NCBI GenBank assembly: GCA_002787155.1
Contig: PCVY01000065.1
Coordinates: forward strand, 1,286-65,285
Length of the DNA: 64,000 bases
From: Candidatus Abzuiibacterium crystallinum
Lineage (GTDB): Bacteria; Omnitrophota; Omnitrophia; Omnitrophales; Abzuiibacteriaceae
Direction: 5' to 3'
Part shown: positions 9,012 to 17,723 of the stretch, in pieces
Numbering within the stretch: position 1 is the stretch's first letter
How the letters are laid out: each line of letters opens with the position of its first letter
Position numbers and translations under genes: made by a program
The notes under the pieces: generated by a model
The model's database searches: none
What the model was told of the DNA's origin: nothing
What the model saw: only the letters and a program-made list of their open reading frames with translations

Positions 9012-9781
9012 ATTTCACCGTTATTTGTCTCAATACTTGGGGACAAAACGAACCTTTTGAAAAACGAATGCGTCTCATCACTGCCGAAATCAGAAAATAC
9101 AAACCGCAAGTGGTTTGCCTGCAGGAAGTCTTTGAACCCGTCTTAACGCAAAAGCTCATCAAAGAAATCGGCTTCGGGCATGCGTTTGCCAATCTGGCCG
9201 CAGGGCTTTTGATTTTGTCGCATGACAGGATGGAAGATAAAAAGGAAGTCAAATATCAACATCAATCGACGCTCGAAAATAATGACCGCCGTTTTATCTT
9301 AACGGAGATTCATGCCAACGGAAAAAAATGCTGGATAGGCAACACGCATTTATCCTGGAAGGCGGCTGATGAGACAGCGCGCACCATGCAAACACGCGAA
9401 CTCGCTGCCACGCTGGACGCATTAAAAGCACCCGTGCTGGTGATGGGCGATTTTAACTGCACGCCGGAAAGCGAAGCAATGGCTGTGTTAAGTAAAAGCG
9501 GTTTTACCAATGTATATGACCGCCTTTACCCGGGGAAAAATGTTTTTACGTGGGACAATCAGCGAAACCCCTATCTTAAAACACATGCCGCCATCCTGCC
9601 CAATCGGCGCATTGACCATCTTTATATGAATCAAGCCTTTCAGGAAGTGTTTAAACCCCAAAGCTGCCGGCTCATTTTCACCACGCCTGATGAAGCGGGC
9701 GATTTCCCGTCCGATCACTTTGGTTGGCTAGCTACCTTCCGCACCTGGGGTCAGGTCCCGGACCTGACCCCAAGTCTTTGA
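9008..9781 (+). CDS. Endonuclease/exonuclease/phosphatase (EEP) family phosphoesterase
   Basis: Motifs CLQEV, GDFNCTPES and SDHFG. The last nine codons are encoded by the REP palindrome. Confidence 0.8.
   Translation: MNFTVICLNTWGQNEPFEKRMRLITAEIRKYKPQVVCLQEVFEPVLTQKLIKEIGFGHAFANLAAGLLILSHDRMEDKKEVKYQHQSTLENNDRRFILTEIHANGKKCWIGNTHLSWKAADETARTMQTRELAATLDALKAPVLVMGDFNCTPESEAMAVLSKSGFTNVYDRLYPGKNVFTWDNQRNPYLKTHAAILPNRRIDHLYMNQAFQEVFKPQSCRLIFTTPDEAGDFPSDHFGWLATFRTWGQVPDLTPSL
9747..9771. repeat. REP palindrome GGGGTCAGGTCC-C-GGACCTGACCCC
   Basis: 25-nt sequence with 12-bp perfectly complementary arms. It lies at the convergent junction of the EEP gene and the RAYT gene. Confidence 0.85.
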
Positions 9782-10374
9782 ACAAATTCTTGGCTACCAA
9801 GAATTCCGTTTCCAACAGCATTTTGCAATGGGTTTATATTGGTTATTAACCCTTTGTGGACAAAAGTCTGATAATCAACCGGCGATTGAAACTGATTCAT
9901 AATTTCCAATGAACCTAGAAAAGAGGGTGGTTCGTCACGCACAAAATAACGCATGCTTGACCAAACATAATCGACAGGATTGTCTACTAATTTGGCTTTG
10001 CATGGGTTTAGGTGAATATAGCGCGATAATTCTAAAAGATAGGTATCTTTATCAATAACAATCGATTTATATCTTCCTTGAAATAAATGACCAACTCGTT
10101 CGTGTCTATAATTAAATCGCATCGTATAAGTCCCAATTAATCTTTTCATAAAAACAGCGAGATTGGCCTGTTTGGTCTGAATGAGTAAATGAAAATGGTT
10201 GGGCATGATACAATAAGCATAAATAACAACTTCATCTTTCTCCGCACACTCAACCAATATGCTCAAAAACATACGATAGTCGTACTCTTCCCTTACAATT
10301 TCTCTCTTTTCGTTACCTCGAGAGAAAACGTGATAATAAGCACCTGGAAATTGTAGACGTAATGATCTTGCCAT
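9751..10374 (-). mobile_element. REP-associated tyrosine transposase (RAYT, IS200/IS605 TnpA-like Y1 HuH enzyme)
   Basis: HuH motif MPNHFHLLIQ and a downstream catalytic Tyr region (…NYRHERVGHLFQGRYKS…). Flanked by two inverted copies of the same REP palindrome. Confidence 0.85.
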
Positions 10375-10466
10375 CAGAAATATGTGTGGGGAAACTTAAA
10401 AAAAACAGCTGTGGGAGATAACTAATATTACTCATCCGTCTATAAAAGTCAATCAAAAAAAATCTT

Positions 10467-10491
10467 GGGGTCAGGTCCGGGACCTGACCCC
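10467..10491. repeat. REP palindrome, inverted copy (GGGGTCAGGTCC-G-GGACCTGACCCC)
   Basis: Exact reverse complement of the 9747 copy. It encodes the last codons of PolX. Confidence 0.85.
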
Positions 10492-12195
10492 ACGGAAAAA
10501 AGATTCGATTTCGGAGGCGGAGCGGGTATTTAAAACGTGTTTTTTATCCAGCCATCCTTTTCGGGCAATGCCGACACCAAAACAAATGTCCCCTAACCCT
10601 TCGGGATCGTGGGCATCCGGATTAATGCTGGTCAAAAGCTTGCGTTCACCGAGGCTTTTGAGCAAACGCCAGTCAAGATCCAAGCGATGCGGATTGGCAT
10701 TGAGTTCAATCACGCAGCGATTCTTTTCGCATTCGTCAAAAATCTCCTCATAATCGAGATCATACCCGGCTCTGCCGAGCAGCAAGCGGCCGGAAATATG
10801 CCCAATCATGGTGGTATAAGGATTCTGAGCAGCGCGGATGAGCCGTTTGGTCATTTGGCCGCGGTTCATGCCGAAACGGCTGTGAACGGAGGCAATGATA
10901 AAATCAAACGTTTTAAGAATTTTGTCGGGGTAATCGAGCGAGCCGTCTTCTAGAATGTCTGATTCGATCCCCTTAAAAATCTTTATCTTCTTAAATTTTT
11001 TCTGCAGCCGATCTATTTCTTGGTGCTGCGATTCAATCCGTTTTGCCGAAAGTCCGTTGGCATAATGAGCCGATTGGGAATGATCGCTGATGCCGATATA
11101 CGCATGCCCCAGATCTTGTGCGGTTTGAACCATCGTCTCAAGACTGGCACTGCCGTCCGAATACGTTGAATGGGCGTGAAAAATGCCTTTGATGTCTTTT
11201 ATCTTGAGAAGAATGGGCATTTTCTCCTTTTTGGCTGCTTCTATTTCACCCATATTTTCACGTAATTCCGGCTCAATGTAAGCCATCCCGAGTTTTTCAT
11301 AAATAGCAGCTTCTGAACGGCAAGGAACTAATTTGCTGCCTTTAAACAATCCGTATTCGTTCATTTTAAGGCCGCGCTGTTTGGCAAGCGTCCTGAGGGC
11401 CACGTTGTGTTCTTTTGATCCCGTAAAGTGCTGGAGCGCATAAGGATATTCAACGGAAGAAACAGTCCTTAAATCAACCGGAAGACCGGATTTCAGAATC
11501 ACACTTGATTTGGTCTCACCTTGCGCCACTATGCGCTCCACGTTCGGAAACGATGCAAACTGCTTGTGAACGGCAGCGTGTTTAGCAGCAGCGGCTAAGA
11601 TGTCAATATCATGCACAATTTCTTTGTGCCGCCGCAAACTTCCGGCGATGGCAATGGCTTTCACTTCTTTGTGCTTTTTTAAAAATGCAACCAATTCAAG
11701 CGCTTCATGGCTTGCCTGTGAGACCAAGAAGAAACCTTTGGTCTTTTGATAATGTTCGATTCCTTGTAAAATTTTTTGCTGCGACTTTTCGCCAAAACCT
11801 TCCAACGCGAGCAATCGGTTTTCTTTGCAGGCATATTGAAGTTCGGCGATGTTTTTAACGTCTAACTTTTCATAAAGCGTTTTAGCACGTTTAGGACCAA
11901 CACCCGGAATATGAAGAATCTCCAAAAAACCTTCCGGAAAGGATTTTCTAAGTTCATCGTGATCTTTGGAATAGCCTTTTTTGTAAAGTTCTTTGATGAG
12001 TTCCGAAATACCCTTACCGACACCGGGAATTTTGGTGAGTGTGTCGCTTTCGGCTAAAACTTCGAGATTTTCGTTAACGGATTCAATCGACCTGGCAGCG
12101 TTTTGGAACGCCCGCACACGGAAAGGATTAGCGCTCTTGAGTTCCAAGAGCACTGCCATTTCTTCTAAGATCTCTATAACTTTGTTGCGGTCCAT
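10471..12195 (-). CDS. polX: DNA polymerase X family protein with C-terminal PHP phosphoesterase domain
   Basis: N-terminal HhH/Pol-beta nucleotidyltransferase region (GVGKGISELIKE…, DIDILAAAA). C-terminal PHP motifs (HAHSTYSDGSASLETMV, ISDHSQ, IELNANPHRLD). Confidence 0.9.
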   Translation of the reverse strand: MDRNKVIEILEEMAVLLELKSANPFRVRAFQNAARSIESVNENLEVLAESDTLTKIPGVGKGISELIKELYKKGYSKDHDELRKSFPEGFLEILHIPGVGPKRAKTLYEKLDVKNIAELQYACKENRLLALEGFGEKSQQKILQGIEHYQKTKGFFLVSQASHEALELVAFLKKHKEVKAIAIAGSLRRHKEIVHDIDILAAAAKHAAVHKQFASFPNVERIVAQGETKSSVILKSGLPVDLRTVSSVEYPYALQHFTGSKEHNVALRTLAKQRGLKMNEYGLFKGSKLVPCRSEAAIYEKLGMAYIEPELRENMGEIEAAKKEKMPILLKIKDIKGIFHAHSTYSDGSASLETMVQTAQDLGHAYIGISDHSQSAHYANGLSAKRIESQHQEIDRLQKKFKKIKIFKGIESDILEDGSLDYPDKILKTFDFIIASVHSRFGMNRGQMTKRLIRAAQNPYTTMIGHISGRLLLGRAGYDLDYEEIFDECEKNRCVIELNANPHRLDLDWRLLKSLGERKLLTSINPDAHDPEGLGDICFGVGIARKGWLDKKHVLNTRSASEIESFFRGVRSRT

Positions 12196-12481
12196 GTGTC
12201 ATCCGGAACTCGTGATCCGCGGCCTGTGACCTGTTATTTGTTAAAGCGTTTTGAGAAGGTTAACAAGCATTCTCATTTCATGGTTCAAAGATTCCAAAAG
12301 AATTTGTTTTTGATCAAATGAAAGATATTCTCTCTTACTGGCAATCACTGCTTGTGTTTCTAATTCGGCACAGATGAACTCCCACCGGGACACGGGGAAC
12401 TGGCCGCTGGTTAAATAACATCCTCTTTACTTGTATTATTATATCACTACAATGTTGGCACAAACTACCAGGGAGTAAAAC

Positions 12482-13510
12482 ATGCAGGCAGTCATTATTC
12501 AAGAGCATGGCGGGCCGGAAAAATTGACCTACACGGAAGTGCCCATGCCTAAAATTGATCCCGACGAAGTGCTCATCAAAGTACATGCATGTGCTTTAAA
12601 CCATTTGGATATTTGGACACGCCAAGGTTTGCCCGGTGTCCAAATCCCCATGCCGCATATTTTGGGATGCGACATCATGGGCGAAATTGCAGCCAAAAGC
12701 GAAGACACGCAAGAATTTCAGATCGGCGAGCGCGTGATTGTTTCTCCCGGGTTGATTTCGGATGAAGATCCGTTGGCCGAAACCAAATGGGAATCACTCT
12801 CTTCCGGTTATCAAATTATTGGTTTTCAAATTGACGGCGGGTATGCGGAATATGTCAAAGTGCCCGTCCGAAACGTGATTCCGGTTTCCAATCGCTTAAA
12901 AGACGACGAGTGGGCGGCGCTGCCTCTTGTTTTTCTGACAGCTTGGCACATGCTGGTAACGCGTGCGGCGGTTCAAAAAGGAGAAACCGTTTTAATTCAC
13001 GCTGCCGGAAGCGGTGTCGGGACTGCCGGTATTCAAGTGGCCAAGCATTTAGGGGCGTGTGTGATTACGACAGCGGGAACCGATGAAAAATTAGAACGGG
13101 CGAAAGAAATCGGGGCCGATTTTACGATTAATTACAAAAAGAAAGATTTCGCCGATGAAGTGCGCAGACTCACAAATCAGGAAGGTGTGGATGTGGTGCT
13201 TGAACACATCGGCCCGGAAACATTTGTGAAGAGTTTAGCTTCTTTAAAGAAGAAAGGCCGCCTTGTGACTTGCGGTGCTACCAGCGGGCCCAATGTTCAA
13301 TTAGACCTTCGATTCATTTTTATGCGCCAGCTGGCCGTCATGGGCTGTTACATGGGCGGTATTGAAGAATTGCGTGAAGTGGTCAAACTGGCTGAATCAG
13401 GGGTTTTTAAACCGGTTGTTGATAAGGTGTTCCCGCTTAAAGAGGCACGGGCTGCTCATGAGCGTATGCAGAAACGTGAAAATTGTGGGAAAATAGTGCT
13501 GAAAATATAG
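12482..13510 (+). CDS. Medium-chain (zinc-binding) alcohol dehydrogenase / quinone oxidoreductase family protein
   Basis: GroES-like N-terminal domain with Cys/His zinc ligands and a Rossmann AAGSGVGTAGIQVAK nucleotide loop. 342 aa. Confidence 0.85.
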   Translation: MQAVIIQEHGGPEKLTYTEVPMPKIDPDEVLIKVHACALNHLDIWTRQGLPGVQIPMPHILGCDIMGEIAAKSEDTQEFQIGERVIVSPGLISDEDPLAETKWESLSSGYQIIGFQIDGGYAEYVKVPVRNVIPVSNRLKDDEWAALPLVFLTAWHMLVTRAAVQKGETVLIHAAGSGVGTAGIQVAKHLGACVITTAGTDEKLERAKEIGADFTINYKKKDFADEVRRLTNQEGVDVVLEHIGPETFVKSLASLKKKGRLVTCGATSGPNVQLDLRFIFMRQLAVMGCYMGGIEELREVVKLAESGVFKPVVDKVFPLKEARAAHERMQKRENCGKIVLKI

Positions 13511-13618
13511 GGTTTAGCGTATACGGAATAAAATCTGAAAGCATTTATGTGTCATGCCCGTCAGCCAAAAGACTGCTTCGTCCTATGGCGGAAAAACGTG
13601 CGGGAATCACATTGAATC

Positions 13619-13644
13619 CTAAACGCTATACACTAAACGCTATA
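13619..13644 (+). promoter_or_regulatory. Tandem direct repeat CTAAACGCTATA-ca-CTAAACGCTATA (candidate regulator binding site)
   Basis: Two identical 12-mers separated by 2 nt, 8 nt upstream of a TTGATT-17-TATAAT promoter. Confidence 0.4.
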
Positions 13645-13651
13645 AAAACCC

Positions 13652-13680
13652 TTGATTTCTAAAAACGGAAAACTATAATA
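13652..13680 (+). promoter_or_regulatory. Sigma-70-like promoter TTGATT-N17-TATAAT for the 13748 gene
   Basis: -35 at 13652-13657 and -10 at 13675-13680. The AAGGAG ribosome-binding site and ATG at 13748 lie about 60 nt downstream. Confidence 0.4.
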
Positions 13681-13747
13681 ACTACTCAGGCATTTTCAAT
13701 AGTTCTTTTGTTTGTCTATCCACCTATTAACCAGCAAGGAGAATTCG

Positions 13748-14248
13748 ATGAGGAAATGGTTGTCACTCGCCTTAATTACTTTTCTTTTAACAACGCCGAT
13801 GGCACACGCAGAGGATGTGTGGTCGATGGCACAATCCCCGCATTATGGCCGCAAAGCAGGCGGTATGTTTTTACGTGGTTTATTAAATGTGGTGACTTCT
13901 CCGGTTGATCTGGTAGTAGGAACTGTTACCGGCACGAAAGAAGGCCCTCCTCTGGTTGGGTTTATGACGGGTCTAGGCAAAGGCGTGGGCTGCACGGTTG
14001 TGCGTGCACTCTCCGGTGCTTTGGATGTGGTCACCTTCTGGGTGCCTTATTTCAATGGTTATCCGCCATGCAAATCTTATGCGGACTGTTTGAACTGCGC
14101 GCCGCAAATTCCGGCCGAACGCGCTTATGCGCCGCAACAAGTTTATCAACCACAGCAGCCGGCTTATGAGCCGCCGCCCGCTGTGGTAAAACAGGCAGCA
14201 CCGGCACCGCAAAAAGACGAAAGCCCGATGCGTTACATTAAGAAGTAG
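13748..14248 (+). CDS. Secreted hypothetical protein with P/Q-rich C-terminal tail
   Basis: Start refined to the ATG preceded by AAGGAG. Signal peptide MRKWLSLALITFLLTTPMAHA. Tail PQQVYQPQQPAYEPPPAVVKQAAPAPQ. Confidence 0.5.
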   Translation: MRKWLSLALITFLLTTPMAHAEDVWSMAQSPHYGRKAGGMFLRGLLNVVTSPVDLVVGTVTGTKEGPPLVGFMTGLGKGVGCTVVRALSGALDVVTFWVPYFNGYPPCKSYADCLNCAPQIPAERAYAPQQVYQPQQPAYEPPPAVVKQAAPAPQKDESPMRYIKK

Positions 14249-14259
14249 TTTTCACTCCT

Positions 14260-14284
14260 GGGGTCAGGTCGGGGTCTGACCCCA
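14260..14284. repeat. Degenerate REP-like palindrome (GGGGTCAG-gtcggggt-CTGACCCC)
   Basis: Shares the GGGGTCAG/CTGACCCC arms of the REP copies around the RAYT gene. Confidence 0.6.
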
Positions 14285-14290
14285 CGCATA

Positions 14291-14322
14291 AAAAAAGACG
14301 GTTCATATGAACCGTCTTTTTT
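14291..14322. terminator. Bidirectional rho-independent terminator
   Basis: AAAAAA-GACGGTTCA-TA-TGAACCGTC-TTTTTT: a perfect 9-bp stem flanked by A and T runs, between convergent genes. Confidence 0.8.
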
Positions 14323-14344
14323 ATTTGACACATTAGCCCTCTAC

Positions 14345-15901
14345 TTACTTTTTTTTACGTTTCAAAATCGCATAATTATTCCATTTCTGAACCGGCTCGT
14401 AATTCTGTACAACCCAATCGCGCAATCTCAAATACTGAATGATAAACGTCACCTGGAATCTTTTGAAACGATGAGTGATAATCCAATCTGGTGGATTATC
14501 TATGATATGTTGACGAACTGTTTCCAATTGTTCTCCTGGTGCTGGGATATCTTTTTCGCTAAACATAAATGGAACACCTTTGTAACTATCTCGCCCCGAC
14601 AAAGCATAAATAATTTGAAGATCCGATAATACCAACACTTGTTCTTCTTTAGGTACCTGCTTCAAAAATTGTACGATGATATCAATGTCTTCGCCGTCCT
14701 CTTTTTGAAACATCCAGCCTTGAAGCGCTTTTGTTTTAAGTGGATAATCCCCAAAAGGACTTCCAGAATAACTCCACACTTTCAATTCAAGTCCATATAC
14801 AATTGATTTTAGAATAAATAAGCTGGTTAGAACACTTAACCAAATAACCCCACGTTTAAAATCATGCTTCTCTTTCGATTTGATTTTCGGAGCAACTTTT
14901 GAAATTAAAATAAACCCTAATGCACAAGCCAGCCCCCATAGAGGCACATTAGCATCACGCAACATAGAACCAGTCAAGATTGAAAATACGCCAACGAATA
15001 AGATGCCTACAAATATAAATAATTCTCTTTTAAACTGTAAAACGTGTTTTTTGCATGCCCATATGACAATCAGACCGATCAACCAATAATAATTTCTAAA
15101 CCAGCTAATGGGCGTTAATATATAAAGCAACCGTCTTTTCTGAAAAAACGTGCTTTGCACAAAAGCGTAGTTGAGAAAAGCTTGATTGAAGTATTTGTCT
15201 GGCACGCCTAATAGTAAAAGAATAATCAACACGGTTGATATAGTTCCTACTAAATACATTAAACATATTTTCTTATTGCACGTGAAAAAGAAAGTAATGG
15301 TGAAAATGAATATATAAGCTAAACCAATATTTGATTTTGACAAAAACGAAAGCCCTGTGAGAATTCCGATAAAAAAGGATGTACCATTATTTCGCCCACT
15401 GTCACCTTCTTTTAGACTCAACACCAATAGAACGGTTGCTAAAATACCCCATAAATGTGCTGTTTGATCATACCAGGGGTGAGAGATGGGCCAGTAAAAA
15501 CATGTGGCGGTCAATAAAGTGACAAGTAGTGTTTGGAGGGTACTCACAAAGTGGCGGCTCAAGAGAAAAGTGGCGAAGGTAACGAGAGAACTTATCGCTA
15601 TCAAATGTGCAAGAATAGCTTCTTTGCTAAAATTGAATATCTGAAAGAAGAATGCTTGTAAATAAAGATGAATTGGCCCCGTAAAATACATGAAATCAAT
15701 ATAAGGAATTTGCCCCTTATAAACACGCCAGCCTCCATCCAAAAATGCCCCCATATCAAAGATATTAAACCCACGAAAAGCGTTACAGCTAAGAAACCAT
15801 CCATTCACAGCAAGTGTGGCTACCAAGCCAATAAACCCAATCTGTTCGTTCTGGTTTTTTTTCTGTGATTTCATAGGTTGTAGCTTTATTTTACTTATCA
15901 T
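14345..15901 (-). CDS. Polytopic membrane protein, probable GT-C-fold glycosyltransferase (ArnT/PMT-like)
   Basis: 518 aa with at least 10 predicted TM helices and a C-terminal soluble domain. Last gene of the pilus supercluster. The family assignment is tentative. Confidence 0.45.
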   Translation of the reverse strand: MISKIKLQPMKSQKKNQNEQIGFIGLVATLAVNGWFLSCNAFRGFNIFDMGAFLDGGWRVYKGQIPYIDFMYFTGPIHLYLQAFFFQIFNFSKEAILAHLIAISSLVTFATFLLSRHFVSTLQTLLVTLLTATCFYWPISHPWYDQTAHLWGILATVLLVLSLKEGDSGRNNGTSFFIGILTGLSFLSKSNIGLAYIFIFTITFFFTCNKKICLMYLVGTISTVLIILLLLGVPDKYFNQAFLNYAFVQSTFFQKRRLLYILTPISWFRNYYWLIGLIVIWACKKHVLQFKRELFIFVGILFVGVFSILTGSMLRDANVPLWGLACALGFILISKVAPKIKSKEKHDFKRGVIWLSVLTSLFILKSIVYGLELKVWSYSGSPFGDYPLKTKALQGWMFQKEDGEDIDIIVQFLKQVPKEEQVLVLSDLQIIYALSGRDSYKGVPFMFSEKDIPAPGEQLETVRQHIIDNPPDWIITHRFKRFQVTFIIQYLRLRDWVVQNYEPVQKWNNYAILKRKKK

Positions 15902-15919
15902 GCTTAGAAAACTGGTTGG

Positions 15920-17701
15920 TTACCTTGCCTCACTTGCGTCATAGTACAGCCCATCATCAAATAGAAGCGTTTCAGGATACTTTTCTATCGACCGGTTGTA
16001 AGCTCTTTGTTTCTTAATTGTTAACTTGAGATAAGACAACGCTTGAAAGTCATTTTGATAACTAAGTCTAAATGCACGATAAAATTGTTCCGTTGCTTTC
16101 ATCTTTAAATCTAATTCCAGAAACGCTAACCCAAGATTCAGCGCGGCAGATTTCGCTCCCTCAAAATTCTGGCTTGCTTTTTCGTAGTACGAAACAGCCT
16201 TTTGAGGGTTATTTCTAATAAATAATTCCAAATTTCCTAAGTTCACATAACTAATGTAGTCCTGAGGAAATATTTCAATGCTTTTGAGTAATTGCCTCTC
16301 TGCGCGATGATAATTTGCGGTTCTTGCTAACAAGCTGCCAAGATGGGAGTGTGCTAGAAAAGAATTTGGATTTTTCTTTAAAGTGTCTGTCCATAAACTA
16401 TCTATATTTTTAAAACTCAATGAACGCTTTACAGTTAATAAACCAATAACTGATACAAAAACACAAATAATAAAGAAATAGAGAAGTCTATAGTATTTGC
16501 TACTTAGAAATCTTAACCCATTGCTTACGGAAGCTGAAAATAACACAATTGGCCCAATGCTAGCTAAGTATTGAAAATGATCAGCAACAAAAGAAAATAA
16601 CATGGGATACACATTAAAAAATCCTAACGCCGGAACTAAAGTAATAAAGAAGAAAGTAAACGCCACAAATAACCCTTTCCCCAATCGATTTCGCAATATC
16701 CAACTAGTCATCATCAATACAATTGCAAACACTGGGAATAGCCATTGGAACGGATCATTGACGTTAATACTCCATTTAGGGTAAACAAAACTCAGATTTA
16801 TTGGATAGATTAATTTTCCCAAATAAAACCAAAATGCTCTGCCAGCAATGATTACTTTTTCTGGTAGGGAAAATGCCCAAGCTTCCCCGACTGCTCCTAC
16901 TTTGTATTTTTCGAGGAAAATAGTCAACAGACCCATCATAAAACCAAAAAGGAAAAAAGGTAATAACCGAAAGACTTCTTTACGCCAATCAACATCTTCC
17001 TTTCTCCACCAAATTAAGAGCGCAACAATAACAGGTAACGTACAAGTAATTGTTTTACAATGTAAAGCGCAAATATAATAAAGAAGGCAAAGAAAATAGT
17101 ATTTCTTCTGACTTCTGGTTGCATTTGTTTGATTATCTAAATGCCAAAAACGTATTGCCATGAGAATAGAAAGAAGGTAGAAGAAGGTGGACAACACATT
17201 CTTTAATTCACTAATCCAGATTACTGATTCTGCATGAACAGGATGCAAAACAAACAGTGACGCACCTAACCATGCACCTGGTATTCGAAATGATCTTAAT
17301 ATTCTCCATAACAAAACGCCGTTACAAGCATGAATCAAAATATTGAACAAGTGAAAAGAATGTGGATCTGGCCCAAAAAGTTGAAACTCAAGCCATAACG
17401 TTGTGTGAACTAACGGATAATATTGAAGCATTGCTCCAGGCTCAAACCATATGAGCTGGATACCTCCTAATGTCTGGATAATAGGATTATGAAAAATAAT
17501 CTGATCATCATCCCATATAAAATCAAAATAAGTGGCAGGTATATAAACAACTAGCACGATGAAGAAAAGCAGGAGTGCAAGAAGTAAGTTTTTCTGTCGT
17601 TGATCGTTGAGAGGCTTATATTTGAGAAAATCCGATATGTGGGTTTTAAACATAAAAACAAATGCCTGGGGTAAAAGTTTTTTCTCTTTCCCCCCAGGCA
17701 C
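15920..17701 (-). CDS. TMTC/PMT_2-like GT-C glycosyltransferase with C-terminal TPR repeats
   Basis: N-terminal polytopic domain with the acidic loop-1 motif FIWDDDQIIFHNP (DUF1736/PMT-type). C-terminal TPR region (…AHSHLGSLLARTANYHRAERQLLKSIEIFPQDYISYVNLGNLEL…). Confidence 0.6.
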   Translation of the reverse strand: MPGGKEKKLLPQAFVFMFKTHISDFLKYKPLNDQRQKNLLLALLLFFIVLVVYIPATYFDFIWDDDQIIFHNPIIQTLGGIQLIWFEPGAMLQYYPLVHTTLWLEFQLFGPDPHSFHLFNILIHACNGVLLWRILRSFRIPGAWLGASLFVLHPVHAESVIWISELKNVLSTFFYLLSILMAIRFWHLDNQTNATRSQKKYYFLCLLYYICALHCKTITCTLPVIVALLIWWRKEDVDWRKEVFRLLPFFLFGFMMGLLTIFLEKYKVGAVGEAWAFSLPEKVIIAGRAFWFYLGKLIYPINLSFVYPKWSINVNDPFQWLFPVFAIVLMMTSWILRNRLGKGLFVAFTFFFITLVPALGFFNVYPMLFSFVADHFQYLASIGPIVLFSASVSNGLRFLSSKYYRLLYFFIICVFVSVIGLLTVKRSLSFKNIDSLWTDTLKKNPNSFLAHSHLGSLLARTANYHRAERQLLKSIEIFPQDYISYVNLGNLELFIRNNPQKAVSYYEKASQNFEGAKSAALNLGLAFLELDLKMKATEQFYRAFRLSYQNDFQALSYLKLTIKKQRAYNRSIEKYPETLLFDDGLYYDASEAR

Positions 17702-17723
17702 TTTTGGTAAACTGCTTTGATTA

